From an uncultured Desulfococcus sp. (GTDB lineage Bacteria; Desulfobacterota; Desulfobacteria; Desulfobacterales; Desulfococcaceae): DNA of 58,944 bases. Made by a program: the position numbers and the translations under genes. This document shows, one piece after another, positions 26,895-37,330 of the stretch (position 1 is the stretch's first letter; the number at the start of each line of letters is the position of its first letter). The notes beneath the pieces are model-generated. The model worked only from the letters and a program-made list of their open reading frames with translations. It did not search any database and was not told the DNA's origin. Location of the stretch: positions 1-58,944 of the forward strand of contig CAJXSB010000001.1 of assembly GCA_913060435.1 (NCBI GenBank). The letters run 5' to 3'.

Positions 26895-27089
26895 TCAGGC
26901 ATCCACGGCCACGAGGGAGAGGGAGAGCTCCTTTTCGAGCTTCTGGATTTTGGCCAGCTGTTCGGTCGTCAGCATGGTCGGTTTGAGGTCGGCACAGGAA
27001 AAGGCCAGGAGCGTTGTTCCGGTCTCTTTTTCCAGGGTTTGGACAGAAGACAGGGTATTGTCATCCAGGTTTGAAAAGCTGCAGATCAT
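26895..27089 (-). CDS. Small hypothetical protein with internal duplication (64 aa)
   Basis: RBS AAGGAGG; the halves SNLDDNTLSSVQTLEKETGTTLLAF and TMLTTEQLAKIQKLEKELSLSLVAV resemble each other. Confidence 0.75.
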   Translation of the reverse strand: MICSFSNLDDNTLSSVQTLEKETGTTLLAFSCADLKPTMLTTEQLAKIQKLEKELSLSLVAVDA

Positions 27090-27275
27090 GGCGTCCTCCT
27101 TGATGGCTGATGTTTAATAGTGTCTAAAACCTTAGCACGGCGCGGTCAAATTACAACGGTTAAAAAAAAGGTGCTTATCGGTAGGTAAAAACTACGTATA
27201 TGGAGACGGTCGCCGGCTGGTTGACGATGGGAGATCGCGGCCGCCGGCGGGCACCATGCATCGAATGGACGTGTG

Positions 27276-29504
27276 ATGAAGATCGCTGTATACGGAAAAG
27301 GGGGCATTGGCAAATCCACGGTGTCGGCCAACCTTTCGGCCGCCCTGGCGGATGCCGGGCGGCGGGTCCTTCAGATCGGCTGCGACCCCAAGCACGACTC
27401 CACCCGGCTCCTGCTGAACGGCCGCGTCGTGACCACGGTACTGGATTACATGCGGGATGTTCCGCCGGCCGCGCAGCAGCTTGCGGATCTCCTGCACACC
27501 GGCTACGGCGGCGTTGTCTGCGCCGAGGCCGGCGGCCCGGAGCCGGGGGTCGGGTGCGCCGGCCGGGGCATTCTCAGCACCTTCGCGTTCTTTGAACGCC
27601 TGGGGCTCCAAACGGATGCCTTTGACGTTGTCCTCTACGACGTGCTGGGCGACGTGGTCTGCGGGGGGTTCGCCGTACCGCTGCGCCGGGAATACGCCGA
27701 TGTCGTCTGCGTCGTCACCTCCGAAGAGTTCATGTCGATTTATGCGGCCAACAACATCCTCCGGGGCGTTCTCAATTTTGACGGCGGCGGCGCCCGGCTG
27801 GCCGGGCTCATCCTGAACAGCCGGGGCCGGGGGGAAGACCCGGCCCCGGTCCATCGCTTTGCCGGGGCCGTGGGGCTCCCCATCATCTGCCACATTCCCC
27901 GAAGCGAGCACTTCCGGGCGGCGGAGGCCGCCCACCGGACCGTGGTTCAGGCATATCCTCTTTCCGATGAAAGCCGTCTCTTTCGGGCGCTGGCAGAAGC
28001 GATCGGCGAACCGCAGCCCCTGCATCCGGCGCGCCCCCTGAGCGATGCGGCGCTGGAGCGGACCGTCTTTCCCCAAACCCTCCGGCGCGCTCCTGCCGCT
28101 GCCGTGGTATCCCTCCCGGCGGACGACGGCCCGGGACCCGATCCTGGCGGGGCGCCTTTCGACCAGCGTCCGGCATCGGTGCCGGCGGCATCTGCGGGGA
28201 GTGGTGCTGCCGGGCGGCTCTCCAAAAGCATGCTCTTCCGGGAGCCCCTGCACGGGTGCGCCTTTACCGGGGCCCTCAGCACCCTGACCCAGATCCGGGG
28301 GGCCGTCACTGTTGCCCATGGTCCGCGCAGCTGCAGCCATATTGCCGCCCGGACCATCCTCTCCAGCGGTATCCACGCCTATACCCGGAAAGGGCTGGTG
28401 CTGCCCCGGCAGCTGGCGCCGGCGGTGCTGAGCTCCGACATGGACGAAGGCGTGGTGATCTACGGCGGGGGCGAACGCCTGCTGCGCACCCTCCGGGAGG
28501 CGATGGCCGCAGGTCCCGAGGCGGTCTTTGTGGTCACGGCATGCCCCTCCGGGGTCATCGGGGACGATCCGGCGGCGGCCGTCCGGGAGATTCGCTCGGA
28601 TTTCCCGGACACTCCCGTTCTGGTCATCTCCACCGACGGCAACATCCGGGGGGACTATATGCAGGGGGTGATCAACGCCTGCCTGGAGGGTGCGGCGGCG
28701 CTGATCGATCCCGCGGTCACGCACCGGGGCCGCCGGGTCAATATCCTGGCCGAAAAGAACATCGCCAACAATGCGGCCGCCAATTATGCGGCCATCTCCG
28801 ATCTGCTCGGCGCCCTGGGGGTGGCGGTCAACTGCCGGTTCGTCCGGGATGTCGATGTCGCATCCCTCCGCGGCTTCAAGGGAGCCGCCCTCAACCTGCT
28901 GGCGTATGATGACCATTTCGGTCGGGTCCTCCGGAGGTATTTCCAGGATCACCACGGCGCTGTTTTTGCCGCCCATCCCTTTCCGGTCGGGTTCACGGAG
29001 ACCGAGCGCTGGCTTGGGGAGATCGGGTCCTTTTTCGGACGGCATGCGGCGGCCCGGGAACTGGCGGCGGCCCATCGGGGGCGCTACGATGCCGCCATTC
29101 AGCGGTTTCACAGGCACCTGGAAGGCAAGCGGCTGATGATCGTCAGCTACATCCACGACGTGGACTGGATCCTCGAGACGGCCTTCGATCTGGGGATGAT
29201 CGTGGAGAAGGTGGGGATTCTCAACTACAGCCAGGACCACCTGTTCCGGACCCGGTTTCAGGGCCGCTTTGCACTGGAGACCGACTACGGGCCCAAAAAG
29301 CGCGACGCCGATCTTTCACGGATTCGACCGGATCTGATGCTCTGCAATTACGTCCCGAAACAGCTTCCGGTCGCCCAGCACGTGGACAGCATCCCGCTCT
29401 GCCCGGATGTGGGATTTTACGGGGGATTGGCGTACGCCCGCCGCTGGGCGGCATTGCTGAAAGCGCCGATCTGGGAAGGTTGGCGGGATGATGGCGGCCG
29501 ATAG
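27276..29504 (+). CDS. Nitrogenase-like NifH/CfbC domain fused to a NifD/CfbD-like component 1 domain
   Basis: [33 protein letters not shown] and [13 protein letters not shown], then after a linker LHGCAF, HGPRSC and [11 protein letters not shown]. Confidence 0.9.
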   Translation: MKIAVYGKGGIGKSTVSANLSAALADAGRRVLQIGCDPKHDSTRLLLNGRVVTTVLDYMRDVPPAAQQLADLLHTGYGGVVCAEAGGPEPGVGCAGRGILSTFAFFERLGLQTDAFDVVLYDVLGDVVCGGFAVPLRREYADVVCVVTSEEFMSIYAANNILRGVLNFDGGGARLAGLILNSRGRGEDPAPVHRFAGAVGLPIICHIPRSEHFRAAEAAHRTVVQAYPLSDESRLFRALAEAIGEPQPLHPARPLSDAALERTVFPQTLRRAPAAAVVSLPADDGPGPDPGGAPFDQRPASVPAASAGSGAAGRLSKSMLFREPLHGCAFTGALSTLTQIRGAVTVAHGPRSCSHIAARTILSSGIHAYTRKGLVLPRQLAPAVLSSDMDEGVVIYGGGERLLRTLREAMAAGPEAVFVVTACPSGVIGDDPAAAVREIRSDFPDTPVLVISTDGNIRGDYMQGVINACLEGAAALIDPAVTHRGRRVNILAEKNIANNAAANYAAISDLLGALGVAVNCRFVRDVDVASLRGFKGAALNLLAYDDHFGRVLRRYFQDHHGAVFAAHPFPVGFTETERWLGEIGSFFGRHAAARELAAAHRGRYDAAIQRFHRHLEGKRLMIVSYIHDVDWILETAFDLGMIVEKVGILNYSQDHLFRTRFQGRFALETDYGPKKRDADLSRIRPDLMLCNYVPKQLPVAQHVDSIPLCPDVGFYGGLAYARRWAALLKAPIWEGWRDDGGR

Positions 29505-30786
29505 CATGGAACTGTCGCCGGACGGTTTTACCGGAGCGATTCTGGGGGTGGAGGGTATTCGGGATGCAGCCGTGCTGCTCAACGGGCCCACGGGCTGCAA
29601 ATTTTATCATGGGGCGCTCTCCGACGGTCGTTTCCCGAGGGACAGCTCCATGGATCCCCTGCAGTTTTCCGATGAGTTTTATTTCGGGCAGCCCCGGGTT
29701 CCCGCCACTTACCTGGATGACCATGACTATGTTTTCGGCGCCACGGCCAAGCTGGAGAAAATCTTGCCCCGCGTGGCGGAGAAGGGGCACCGGCTGATCG
29801 CCGTGGTCAACTCGCCGGGGGCCGCCCTCATCGGGGACGACCTGGAGCGGTTCATCGCCGCCGCCGGCCTTCCGGTGCCGTGCATCGCCGTCGAGAGCAC
29901 CGGGTTTTCGTCCGGCTTTGCCAAGGGCTTTCAGGCATCGGTGATCCAGGCGCTGCAGCGTCTCGCGCCCCGGGAGCCGGTGCCGGCCCAGCCCAGGCAG
30001 GTCAACCTCGTCGGCCTCTCCATTTTCCATCGCCACTGGGAGGGCGACGTCCATGAGCTTCGACGCCTGCTGTCGCTCTGCGGCATCGGGGTGAAGACCG
30101 TCCTCTCTGCCGGCTGCACCACGGCGGAGCTGGCATCTGCGGGGGCTGCAGCCCTCAACGTGACGGTGCATCCGGAATTTGCCGGCGACCTCTGCGACTA
30201 CCTGGGAGACAGCCTCGGGCGCCCCGTGCTCGCCCCGGGAGCCGGGGCCCCCATCGGATTCGAGGAGACGGAGCGCTGGATCACCGGGGTCTGCCGGTCC
30301 CTGGACGCCGATCCCGCACCCGCCCTGGCCGACATCCGGCGCGCACGAAGGCGCGCCTACGACGCCCTGAGCCGCTTCAACGCCCTCACCGGCCTGCCCA
30401 AAGGTGCGGCCGCTGCCGTGCGCGCGGACGGGGGGATGCTGCTGCCCCTGGTGGCGTGGCTGTACCGCTACCTTGGCATGGTGCCGGCGGAGGTCTGGAT
30501 GGGCGAGCATACCCGTGCGCAGGCCGATGCCCTGGAGAAGTTTCTGGCGGAGATCGGCTGCGCCGACGCCTGGCGCTCCCGGAAGGATGACCGGCAGATC
30601 GATATTGCCTTTGGCGGTGAAGACTTCATCAGCCGGTTCCGGGCTCGGGGCCTGCCGGTGGCCGGGGTCGACATCGCCCTGCCGGCGCGTGGCGACATCG
30701 AAATTCTGCATCGCTGCCAAGTCGGGACATCCGGGGCGTTGTGGCTGCTGGAGAGTATTTTGAACGGCCTGATGGCGGCGGCGTGA
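29488..30786 (+). CDS. Nitrogenase-like component 1 subunit (NifK/BchB-like)
   Basis: [36 protein letters not shown] and [11 protein letters not shown]; start may be 29506. Confidence 0.85.
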   Translation: MMAADSMELSPDGFTGAILGVEGIRDAAVLLNGPTGCKFYHGALSDGRFPRDSSMDPLQFSDEFYFGQPRVPATYLDDHDYVFGATAKLEKILPRVAEKGHRLIAVVNSPGAALIGDDLERFIAAAGLPVPCIAVESTGFSSGFAKGFQASVIQALQRLAPREPVPAQPRQVNLVGLSIFHRHWEGDVHELRRLLSLCGIGVKTVLSAGCTTAELASAGAAALNVTVHPEFAGDLCDYLGDSLGRPVLAPGAGAPIGFEETERWITGVCRSLDADPAPALADIRRARRRAYDALSRFNALTGLPKGAAAAVRADGGMLLPLVAWLYRYLGMVPAEVWMGEHTRAQADALEKFLAEIGCADAWRSRKDDRQIDIAFGGEDFISRFRARGLPVAGVDIALPARGDIEILHRCQVGTSGALWLLESILNGLMAAA

Positions 30787-30790
30787 ACCA

Positions 30791-31714
30791 TCAGGAGAGC
30801 GAAAGAAGGTGGGTCCGCAGGTTGGCTTTCCGTCCGGTCAGGCCGAGCTTTTTCCGGACGTTTTTGCGGTGGAAGTCAACGACGGCGACCGAGCAGCCCA
30901 GGATTTCGGCGATCTCCTTGTTCCGCTTGCCTTCGCGAACCAGCAGCGCCACCTCGATCTCCCGGGGCGTCAGCTGCGCAGTCAGGCTGGAGAGCCGTTT
31001 GAGAAAGGGGGATGCCAGCTTGTCGAGGTGGGTTTTCGCGATGGCGAGCCAGGCCTGCTGACGTTCATCCAGGCGGCTGGATGCGAGCTTTTCCAGGTAG
31101 GGGTGGACAATTTCCCGGACGTTGGCCGCAAAGGACTCCTCCAGCTCCTGCTTGTCCCGCTCCCGCTGCCCGAGCAGCACCTTGAGGGCCGTATTGGCGT
31201 CTTCGAGGCTCCGGGCCTGGAACTCCAGCTCCCGCTGGTGCTTCTCCAGCTCCCGCTCCCGCCGCTTGAGGGCCTCCTCGATCTTTTTGAGGGGGGTGAT
31301 GTTTTCGTGGCTGACGACGACCCGGACCTCCCCAGGCAGGCTGAGGCGGGTGGCGCGCATGTAGAACCACCGCTTCTCCTCCGGGGAATGGCATGGATAT
31401 TCGATGACGAATTCCGAGATGCGCCCCTCGATGAGGTTTCGGATGCCCTGGTAGACATCTTGCGCCTCCTCCGCCGAGTCCCCCAGTGCCGAGCTGCAGA
31501 TGTCGAGATAGTTGATGTTGACGGTGTCCGGACGCATCCGGATGTCGTTGGCGCCGGCAAAGCGGCGCCACGCCGCGTTGGTTTCGAGGATGACGCCGTT
31601 TTCATCCAGGATGGCGACGTGGGCCGACAGGGAGTCGAGCACCGACTGCGCCATCGGCGCGTCCCTGGCAACGGATGCCGCATGTGTGCGGGAATCACAT
31701 TGATCTGCGCTCAT
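30791..31714 (-). CDS. PAS domain + LuxR HTH transcriptional regulator
   Basis: VLDSLSAHVAILD...EYPCHSP PAS domain, coiled coil, LTPREIEVA...HRKNVRKKLG. Confidence 0.88.
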   Translation of the reverse strand: MSADQCDSRTHAASVARDAPMAQSVLDSLSAHVAILDENGVILETNAAWRRFAGANDIRMRPDTVNINYLDICSSALGDSAEEAQDVYQGIRNLIEGRISEFVIEYPCHSPEEKRWFYMRATRLSLPGEVRVVVSHENITPLKKIEEALKRRERELEKHQRELEFQARSLEDANTALKVLLGQRERDKQELEESFAANVREIVHPYLEKLASSRLDERQQAWLAIAKTHLDKLASPFLKRLSSLTAQLTPREIEVALLVREGKRNKEIAEILGCSVAVVDFHRKNVRKKLGLTGRKANLRTHLLSLS

Positions 31715-32045
31715 GGCTCTTGATGGAATCCGGTCTTTTTTTCGAGGGCTTGAATCTGGGCAATGCCCGCATCGTCAATATAATCGGCATAGGTATGCTC
31801 TGACTGCATGGTTTTCTCGCTTTGTTGGTCGTTATTTTAATTCGTTCGATGCCATTGTCAATGGCGATGCGGGGCAGCGGAACAATGCTTGGGGATGATT
31901 TTCCGGCGGGAGTTTCGAGATTCGTTCACGCGAGGAATAGTAGTGTTCTCCGGGCCCGGAGAACGCCGGCTGATGAAATTCGAACGTTGCGTTCATGAAA
32001 AATATTGACAATCATCGGCAGTAAAGTATGATAATCATTATTTTT

Positions 32046-32254
32046 CAAGGTGCATTGCCTGCTTAATAGGGAACCCCGTGAGAAACGGGGACGAGCCCTT
32101 CGCTGTGATCGGGGACGAAAGCCGCAGGATGCCACTGGGTGAAGGTTGTCTGGCGCGGGAAAGGGGCATGATCAGTTGCCGCATTCCCGGGAATCGACCT
32201 GCCTGGGAAGGTGCGGGGAGTAGATGGATCCGAAAGTCAGAAGACCTGCCTTGA
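32046..32254 (+). ncRNA. Cobalamin riboswitch (btuBFCD) with a long insertion
   Basis: AGGTGC...AATAGGGAACCCCGTG...GCTGTGA...GCCACTGG...GGGAAGG...AGTCAGAAGACCTGCC; TTGACA at 32005. Confidence 0.92.
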
Positions 32255-32317
32255 AAAGAGTGGAAGGTTTGAGGGCCTGAACTTTCCACGGCACAATCAT
32301 TCTTCGGGTGAAAAGGG

Positions 32318-32357
32318 CGCCCCGGATCGATCATGGTCGGTCCGGGGCGTTTCATTT
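32318..32357 (+). terminator. Terminator-like hairpin of the riboswitch expression platform
   Basis: CGCCCCGGATCGAT-CATG-GTCGGTCCGGGGCG followed by TTTCATTT. Confidence 0.7.
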
Positions 32358-32438
32358 GGGGGCATGGTGTGCGCACATGCCATGCCCGTTGCGGGAAGGG
32401 AGCGCTGCTGCCGCCGCCAGGGAGGATAGAGCGAAAGG

Positions 32439-34442
32439 ATGGAATGGATGAAAAAGCACTGGGCAGCATGGTGGATCGGCGGCTGCGTTCTTGCGGCGGT
32501 CGCGGCTTCTGCCGGATACGGCGCTGCCGAAACGCAGAACCCCTCATCGGTGGCTTTGGCGGATGTCGTGGTCACGGCATCCCGTTTCGAGGAGATCATC
32601 TCCAAGGTGCCGGCCAACGTCACGGTCATCACGGCACGGGACATCGAGAATTCGACCGCCACCAATATACCCGATCTGCTGCGAACCCAGGTGGGCGTTC
32701 AGGTGACCGATGTCGCCGGCAACGGCCGCACCTACAAGGTGGACCTCAGGGGGTTTGGTGAAACCGCCCAGAGCAATATCCTGGTGCTGGTGGACGGGCG
32801 GCGGGTCAATGCGCCGGACTTGAGCGGCACCGACTGGTTCCAGATCCCCCTGGACCGTGTGGCCCGCATCGAAATCGTCCGGGGGGGCCGCGGCGGGGTG
32901 CTGTACGGCGACAACGCCTCCGGGGGCGTCATCAATATCATTACGCAGGAGGGAGATGCGCTGGCATACGGGGCCAAGGTCTTCGGCGGCAGCTACGATA
33001 CCTTCGGCGCCGACGGGTTTGTCCGCGGGTCCGTGGGGGATTTTTCGTATGCGGCCGATGCGCGCTACTACGACACGGACGGCTACCGGGACAACAGCAG
33101 CATCGAGTCCAAGGATGTCGGCCTGAACCTCGACTATGATATGGGGCAATGGACCCGGCTGTTTGCCAACATGGGGTATCACAGCGACGAATCCGGGCTT
33201 CCCGGAGCGCTTTCGGAGACCCAGCTGGACGAAGGCGTCGACCGAAAATCATCCAATACGCCGGAGGATTTCGCCGATGTGGATGACGGCTATATCGACG
33301 GCGGGCTCGAATTCTTCTTCCTGAAGGAGAGCCAGCTCCTGATCCCGACAGCCTACCGGAAGCGCTCTTCCGATTTTTTTGCCAGCTTTACCGGCGGGAC
33401 GTTTCAGGGCGACACGGATATCACCACCTTCAGCATCCGTCCCCAGGTCATCCTGCGGGAGCCGGTTCTCGGGCGCGCCAATACGCTGACCATCGGCTTC
33501 GACTACTACGACAATGATGAAGATATCGTCAACACCTCTTCGTTTACAGGGACGGCAGCGTTCGATCTGGAAAAGAAAGACTATGGCGTCTACGTCCAGG
33601 ATGATCTGGAGCTTTCTGAAACCCTCTCTGTTTCAGGAGGTTATCGCTACGCCGAGGCCAAGTACGGGTTTGAGCCAAGCAACATCGATACGGAAAAATT
33701 CTACGAATCGGCATACAATGCCGGCATCAACTGGAGATTTTACGGCAAGTCTTTCGCCTATTTCGGGTTTGCCCACAGCTTTCGACTGCCGGTCCTGGAC
33801 GAGCTCTATAATTTCTTCGAAAACAAGGTGGAACGCCTGGACCCGCAGACATCCGACGAACTGGACATCGGGGTGCGCCATTATTTTCGGGACGGTTTTT
33901 ATGCCGATCTCAGCGTTTTCAGAATTGATACCGACCAGGAGATCTTTTTCAACAGCCTTGCGGGTCCGTTCGGCCTCAATACCAATTACGACGGCGAGAC
34001 CCGCCGTGACGGGGTGGAGGTGCTGGTCGGCCTCGATTATGGCATCATGGCGTTGACGGCCAGCTATACCTATACTGATGCCGAGTTCCGCGACGGCGAG
34101 TTCGAGAACCGGCAGGTTCCGGATGTTCCCAAGAACAAGGCCACGGTGGTGGCTGTTTTCGATTTGCCCTACGATGTTCAGCTGGCACTGGACGGCAGCT
34201 ATATCGGCTCCCGCCCGCTCAACTCGGATTTTCTGAACGAGTTCTCCGACCAGGAGTCCTATTTTCTCGTGAATGCCAAAATTAAATATACCTGGAAATG
34301 GCTGACCCCGTTCCTCAACCTGAACAATATCCTGAACGAGGAATATTCCCAGTTTGGCAGTGTCGGGGGCTTCCCCGCGGAACCCCAGTATTATCCATCG
34401 CCCAAGTTTAATTTCCTGGCTGGGGTGTCGGCCGAGTTCTAA
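32439..34442 (+). CDS. btuB: TonB-dependent receptor, BtuB-like
   Basis: Signal peptide, DVVVTASR TonB box, LRGF...LVDG, RIEIVRG...LYG, C-terminal Phe; lies under a B12 riboswitch. Confidence 0.85.
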   Translation: MEWMKKHWAAWWIGGCVLAAVAASAGYGAAETQNPSSVALADVVVTASRFEEIISKVPANVTVITARDIENSTATNIPDLLRTQVGVQVTDVAGNGRTYKVDLRGFGETAQSNILVLVDGRRVNAPDLSGTDWFQIPLDRVARIEIVRGGRGGVLYGDNASGGVINIITQEGDALAYGAKVFGGSYDTFGADGFVRGSVGDFSYAADARYYDTDGYRDNSSIESKDVGLNLDYDMGQWTRLFANMGYHSDESGLPGALSETQLDEGVDRKSSNTPEDFADVDDGYIDGGLEFFFLKESQLLIPTAYRKRSSDFFASFTGGTFQGDTDITTFSIRPQVILREPVLGRANTLTIGFDYYDNDEDIVNTSSFTGTAAFDLEKKDYGVYVQDDLELSETLSVSGGYRYAEAKYGFEPSNIDTEKFYESAYNAGINWRFYGKSFAYFGFAHSFRLPVLDELYNFFENKVERLDPQTSDELDIGVRHYFRDGFYADLSVFRIDTDQEIFFNSLAGPFGLNTNYDGETRRDGVEVLVGLDYGIMALTASYTYTDAEFRDGEFENRQVPDVPKNKATVVAVFDLPYDVQLALDGSYIGSRPLNSDFLNEFSDQESYFLVNAKIKYTWKWLTPFLNLNNILNEEYSQFGSVGGFPAEPQYYPSPKFNFLAGVSAEF

Positions 34443-34543
34443 CCTCGCAGCGGATCGATGATAGTGCCGAGATATTGCGGATGACGATCGTTCGGACGCC
34501 GGGATGATGCGGATAATGGGAAGGTGCAGATGAGGGTGCAAAC

Positions 34544-35467
34544 ATGCGTATGGCAATCATGAAGCGGCTTGGGGATTTCATCCCGGCTTCCGTGGTGCTG
34601 GCCATGCTGCTGCTCCTGTCGTCCCCGTGCGGTGGGGAGACCGGTATGGTTCAGGACCAGACGGGGCGGCAGGTTCCGGTGCCGGCAGACCCCCGGCGCG
34701 TGGTGGCCCTGGCCCCCAGCGTCACGGAAATCGTCTTCGCCCTGAATCAGTCCCACCGCCTGGTGGGGGCGACCCAGTTCAGCGACTACCCCGCGGAAGC
34801 CCTGCAGATTCCCAGGGTCGGCTCCTATATCCGGCTCGACCTCGAAAAAATAACCGCCCTGGCGCCGGACCTCTGCATTGCCGTGAAGGACGGCAACCCC
34901 ATCGATGTCGTCCGGCGCCTGGAAGACCTCGGCATCCCGGTCTATGCCGTGGATCCCAGGAGCCTCGACACGGTGATGGCGGCCATCCGCGGCATCGGGG
35001 GAGTGCTGCATGCGGGCCCGGCGGCGGCGGAGATGGTTGCAGAGATGCAGGGCCGGGTCTTGCGGATCCAGGAGCGGCTGACAGGGGTGGCGGGGCGTCC
35101 CGGGGTATTTTTCCAGATCGGTGTGAACCCGATTGTCTCTGCCGGCACGCCGACCTTTATCCATGAGCTGATCGAGGCGGCGGGCGGACGGAACCTGGCC
35201 GCGGGCAAGACGCCCTATCCCCGGTTCAGCCGTGAACAGGTCCTGGCGCTGGCGCCGGACATCCTGATCATCACTTCGATGGCCCGGGAAGCGCTCTTTC
35301 AGAAGGTCAAGCGGGAATGGATGGCATGGCCGCAGATGCCGGCCGTTCGCCACCAGCGGGTCCATATTCTCGACTCGGACGTTCTGGACCGGCCCGGCCC
35401 CCGGATGGTCGACGGCCTCGAGCAAATGTTCGAAATCATCCATCCCGACCTGGCCGGGAGGGGGTGA
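34544..35467 (+). CDS. btuF: Cobalamin-binding protein BtuF
   Basis: PRRVVALAPSVTEI, SDYPAEA...RVG, DLEKI and RPGPR. Confidence 0.88.
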   Translation: MRMAIMKRLGDFIPASVVLAMLLLLSSPCGGETGMVQDQTGRQVPVPADPRRVVALAPSVTEIVFALNQSHRLVGATQFSDYPAEALQIPRVGSYIRLDLEKITALAPDLCIAVKDGNPIDVVRRLEDLGIPVYAVDPRSLDTVMAAIRGIGGVLHAGPAAAEMVAEMQGRVLRIQERLTGVAGRPGVFFQIGVNPIVSAGTPTFIHELIEAAGGRNLAAGKTPYPRFSREQVLALAPDILIITSMAREALFQKVKREWMAWPQMPAVRHQRVHILDSDVLDRPGPRMVDGLEQMFEIIHPDLAGRG

Positions 35468-35468
35468 G

Positions 35469-36473
35469 ATGGAAACCTCCCAGGTGCTTCGCCGGATCGT
35501 GTGGGTATCGGTCCCGCTCATACTCCTGCTGCTGGCTTTCGGGTTGATCGGGATTTCTGTCGGGTCGAGCCGGCTGTCGATGCTGGATGCCGCCGCCGCC
35601 CTCTTCAGAGGCGGGGGGGAAGATTCCGTGGTTGCCGGCATTGTCTGGCGCATCCGCCTGCCCCGGGTGATCCTGGGGGCCCTGGTCGGGTCGACCCTTT
35701 CCCTGGGCGGCCTGGTCTTTCAGGCCCTGCTGCGGAATCCACTGGCCGAACCCTATATCCTGGGGATCTCCGGCGGCTCCGCCGTGGGGGCCATCATCGG
35801 CATTCTGCTGGGGTTTTCGCGTATTCCCGGCGTCTGCCTCATGGCGTTTTCCGGAAGCATGGCCGTGCTGGCGATGGTCCTCTTCATGGGCGCCAGCGGA
35901 ATCCGGCTGAAAAACGACGCGCTCCTGCTTTCGGGCGTCATGATCAACGCCTTCTGCTCGTCTATCATCACCTTTCTCATCTCGCTCTCCCAGGACGCCC
36001 GAATCCACAACATCCTCTTCTGGCTCATGGGCGACCTTTCCCTGCCGGATCTTTCCCAGGCAGGGGTGCTGCTGCTCATCGTCCTGCCCTGTTTTCTCGT
36101 GATATTCCGGCTCTCCAATGTCATGAACCTCCTCTTGATGGGAAAGGAGGCGGCCCAGACCATGGGGGTGAACACCACCCGCGCCACCCTGATCCTGCTG
36201 GTCTCCACCTCGCTCATGGTGAGCGCTACGGTCTCCTACTGCGGGCTGCTGGGCTTCGTGGGCCTGGTCATGCCCCACCTGCTCCGGCTGGTGCTGGGGC
36301 CGGACCACCGCGTCCTCGTGCCCGCCTGCGTCCTTGGCGGCGGGGCCTATATGATCCTCTGCGACATCTTTGCAAGGGTGCTGCCGGCCCAGGGGGAGAT
36401 GCCCACGGGGGTGATCACGGCCATGATCGGCGCGCCGCTGTTCATCTACCTGCTCAAGCGCTCCCGGGGATAA
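35469..36473 (+). CDS. btuC: Cobalamin ABC permease BtuC
   Basis: IRLPR, FQALLRNPLAEPYILGISGG, WLMGDL and GFVGLVMPH. Confidence 0.88.
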   Translation: METSQVLRRIVWVSVPLILLLLAFGLIGISVGSSRLSMLDAAAALFRGGGEDSVVAGIVWRIRLPRVILGALVGSTLSLGGLVFQALLRNPLAEPYILGISGGSAVGAIIGILLGFSRIPGVCLMAFSGSMAVLAMVLFMGASGIRLKNDALLLSGVMINAFCSSIITFLISLSQDARIHNILFWLMGDLSLPDLSQAGVLLLIVLPCFLVIFRLSNVMNLLLMGKEAAQTMGVNTTRATLILLVSTSLMVSATVSYCGLLGFVGLVMPHLLRLVLGPDHRVLVPACVLGGGAYMILCDIFARVLPAQGEMPTGVITAMIGAPLFIYLLKRSRG

Positions 36474-36478
36474 ATGAC

Positions 36479-37330
36479 GTGAAGACGACACCTGCCATTG
36501 ACGCCCGCCGCCTCTCCTGCGGATACCGGGGCGAACCGGTGCTCAAGGACCTCTCCTTTGCGGTGAACCGGGGGGATTTCTTCATCCTGATCGGCCCCAA
36601 CGGCTCGGGAAAGACGACCCTCATGAAGAGCCTGGCGGGCATCCTCGGGGCCACGGGAGACCTGAAGGTGCTGGGCCGGCCGGTTGCCGACTATTCCCGG
36701 AAGGCGCTGGCGCGTCATATCGCCTTCGTGCCCCAGCAGCTCCCGGTGGATTTTCCGTTTTCGGTCCGGGAGGTGGTCCTCATGGGCCGGGCCCCCCACC
36801 AGGGGATTCTGGGGCTGGAGACCCTGGCGGACCTGGCCGCCGCCGATCGGGTCATGGCGATCACCGATATTGCACAGCTGGCGGACCGGCGCCTCAACTG
36901 CCTGAGCGGCGGCGAGCTCCAGCGGGTCTTTATCGCCAAGGCGCTCTGCCAGGAGCCGGAGATCATACTGCTGGACGAACCCACCGCATTTCTCGACCTG
37001 GCCCACCAGATCCAGGTGATGGATCTTCTGGAAAACCTCAAGGAGGAGAAGGGGATCACCATCATCATGGTCTGCCATGACCTGAACCTGGCGGCCATGT
37101 ACGGCGACCGGCTGCTCCTCATGCGTGCCGGGGAGATCCTGAGCATGGGAACCCCCAACGAGGTCCTCACCTTTCCGACCCTGGAGGCGGCCTATGGCTG
37201 CGTTCTCCTGACGGAAAAGAGCCCCTTGGGAGATTTTCCAAGGGTGACCACGATCCCCGGACGCCTCTTGCCACCCTTGAACCTCAGCGGCATGCGTCCG
37301 ACGGGCCCGAGGAGACCGCGACGCTCTTGA
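36479..37330 (+). CDS. btuD: Cobalamin ABC ATPase BtuD-like
   Basis: GTG start; GPNGSGKT, LSGGE, LLDEPTAFLD and HDLNLAA. Confidence 0.85.
   Translation: MKTTPAIDARRLSCGYRGEPVLKDLSFAVNRGDFFILIGPNGSGKTTLMKSLAGILGATGDLKVLGRPVADYSRKALARHIAFVPQQLPVDFPFSVREVVLMGRAPHQGILGLETLADLAAADRVMAITDIAQLADRRLNCLSGGELQRVFIAKALCQEPEIILLDEPTAFLDLAHQIQVMDLLENLKEEKGITIIMVCHDLNLAAMYGDRLLLMRAGEILSMGTPNEVLTFPTLEAAYGCVLLTEKSPLGDFPRVTTIPGRLLPPLNLSGMRPTGPRRPRRS

Noticed and set aside
27276-30786. True nitrogenase (nifHDK)
   Set aside because: H-D fusion, missing P-cluster Cys in the second subunit, no evident FeMo-co Cys and no nifENB nearby.
35501-36478. Long N-terminal extensions on ORFs such as 35501..37330, 13035..14594 and 21526..22683
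   Set aside because: They overlap real genes or riboswitches in other frames and are open only because of high GC; starts were reassigned.
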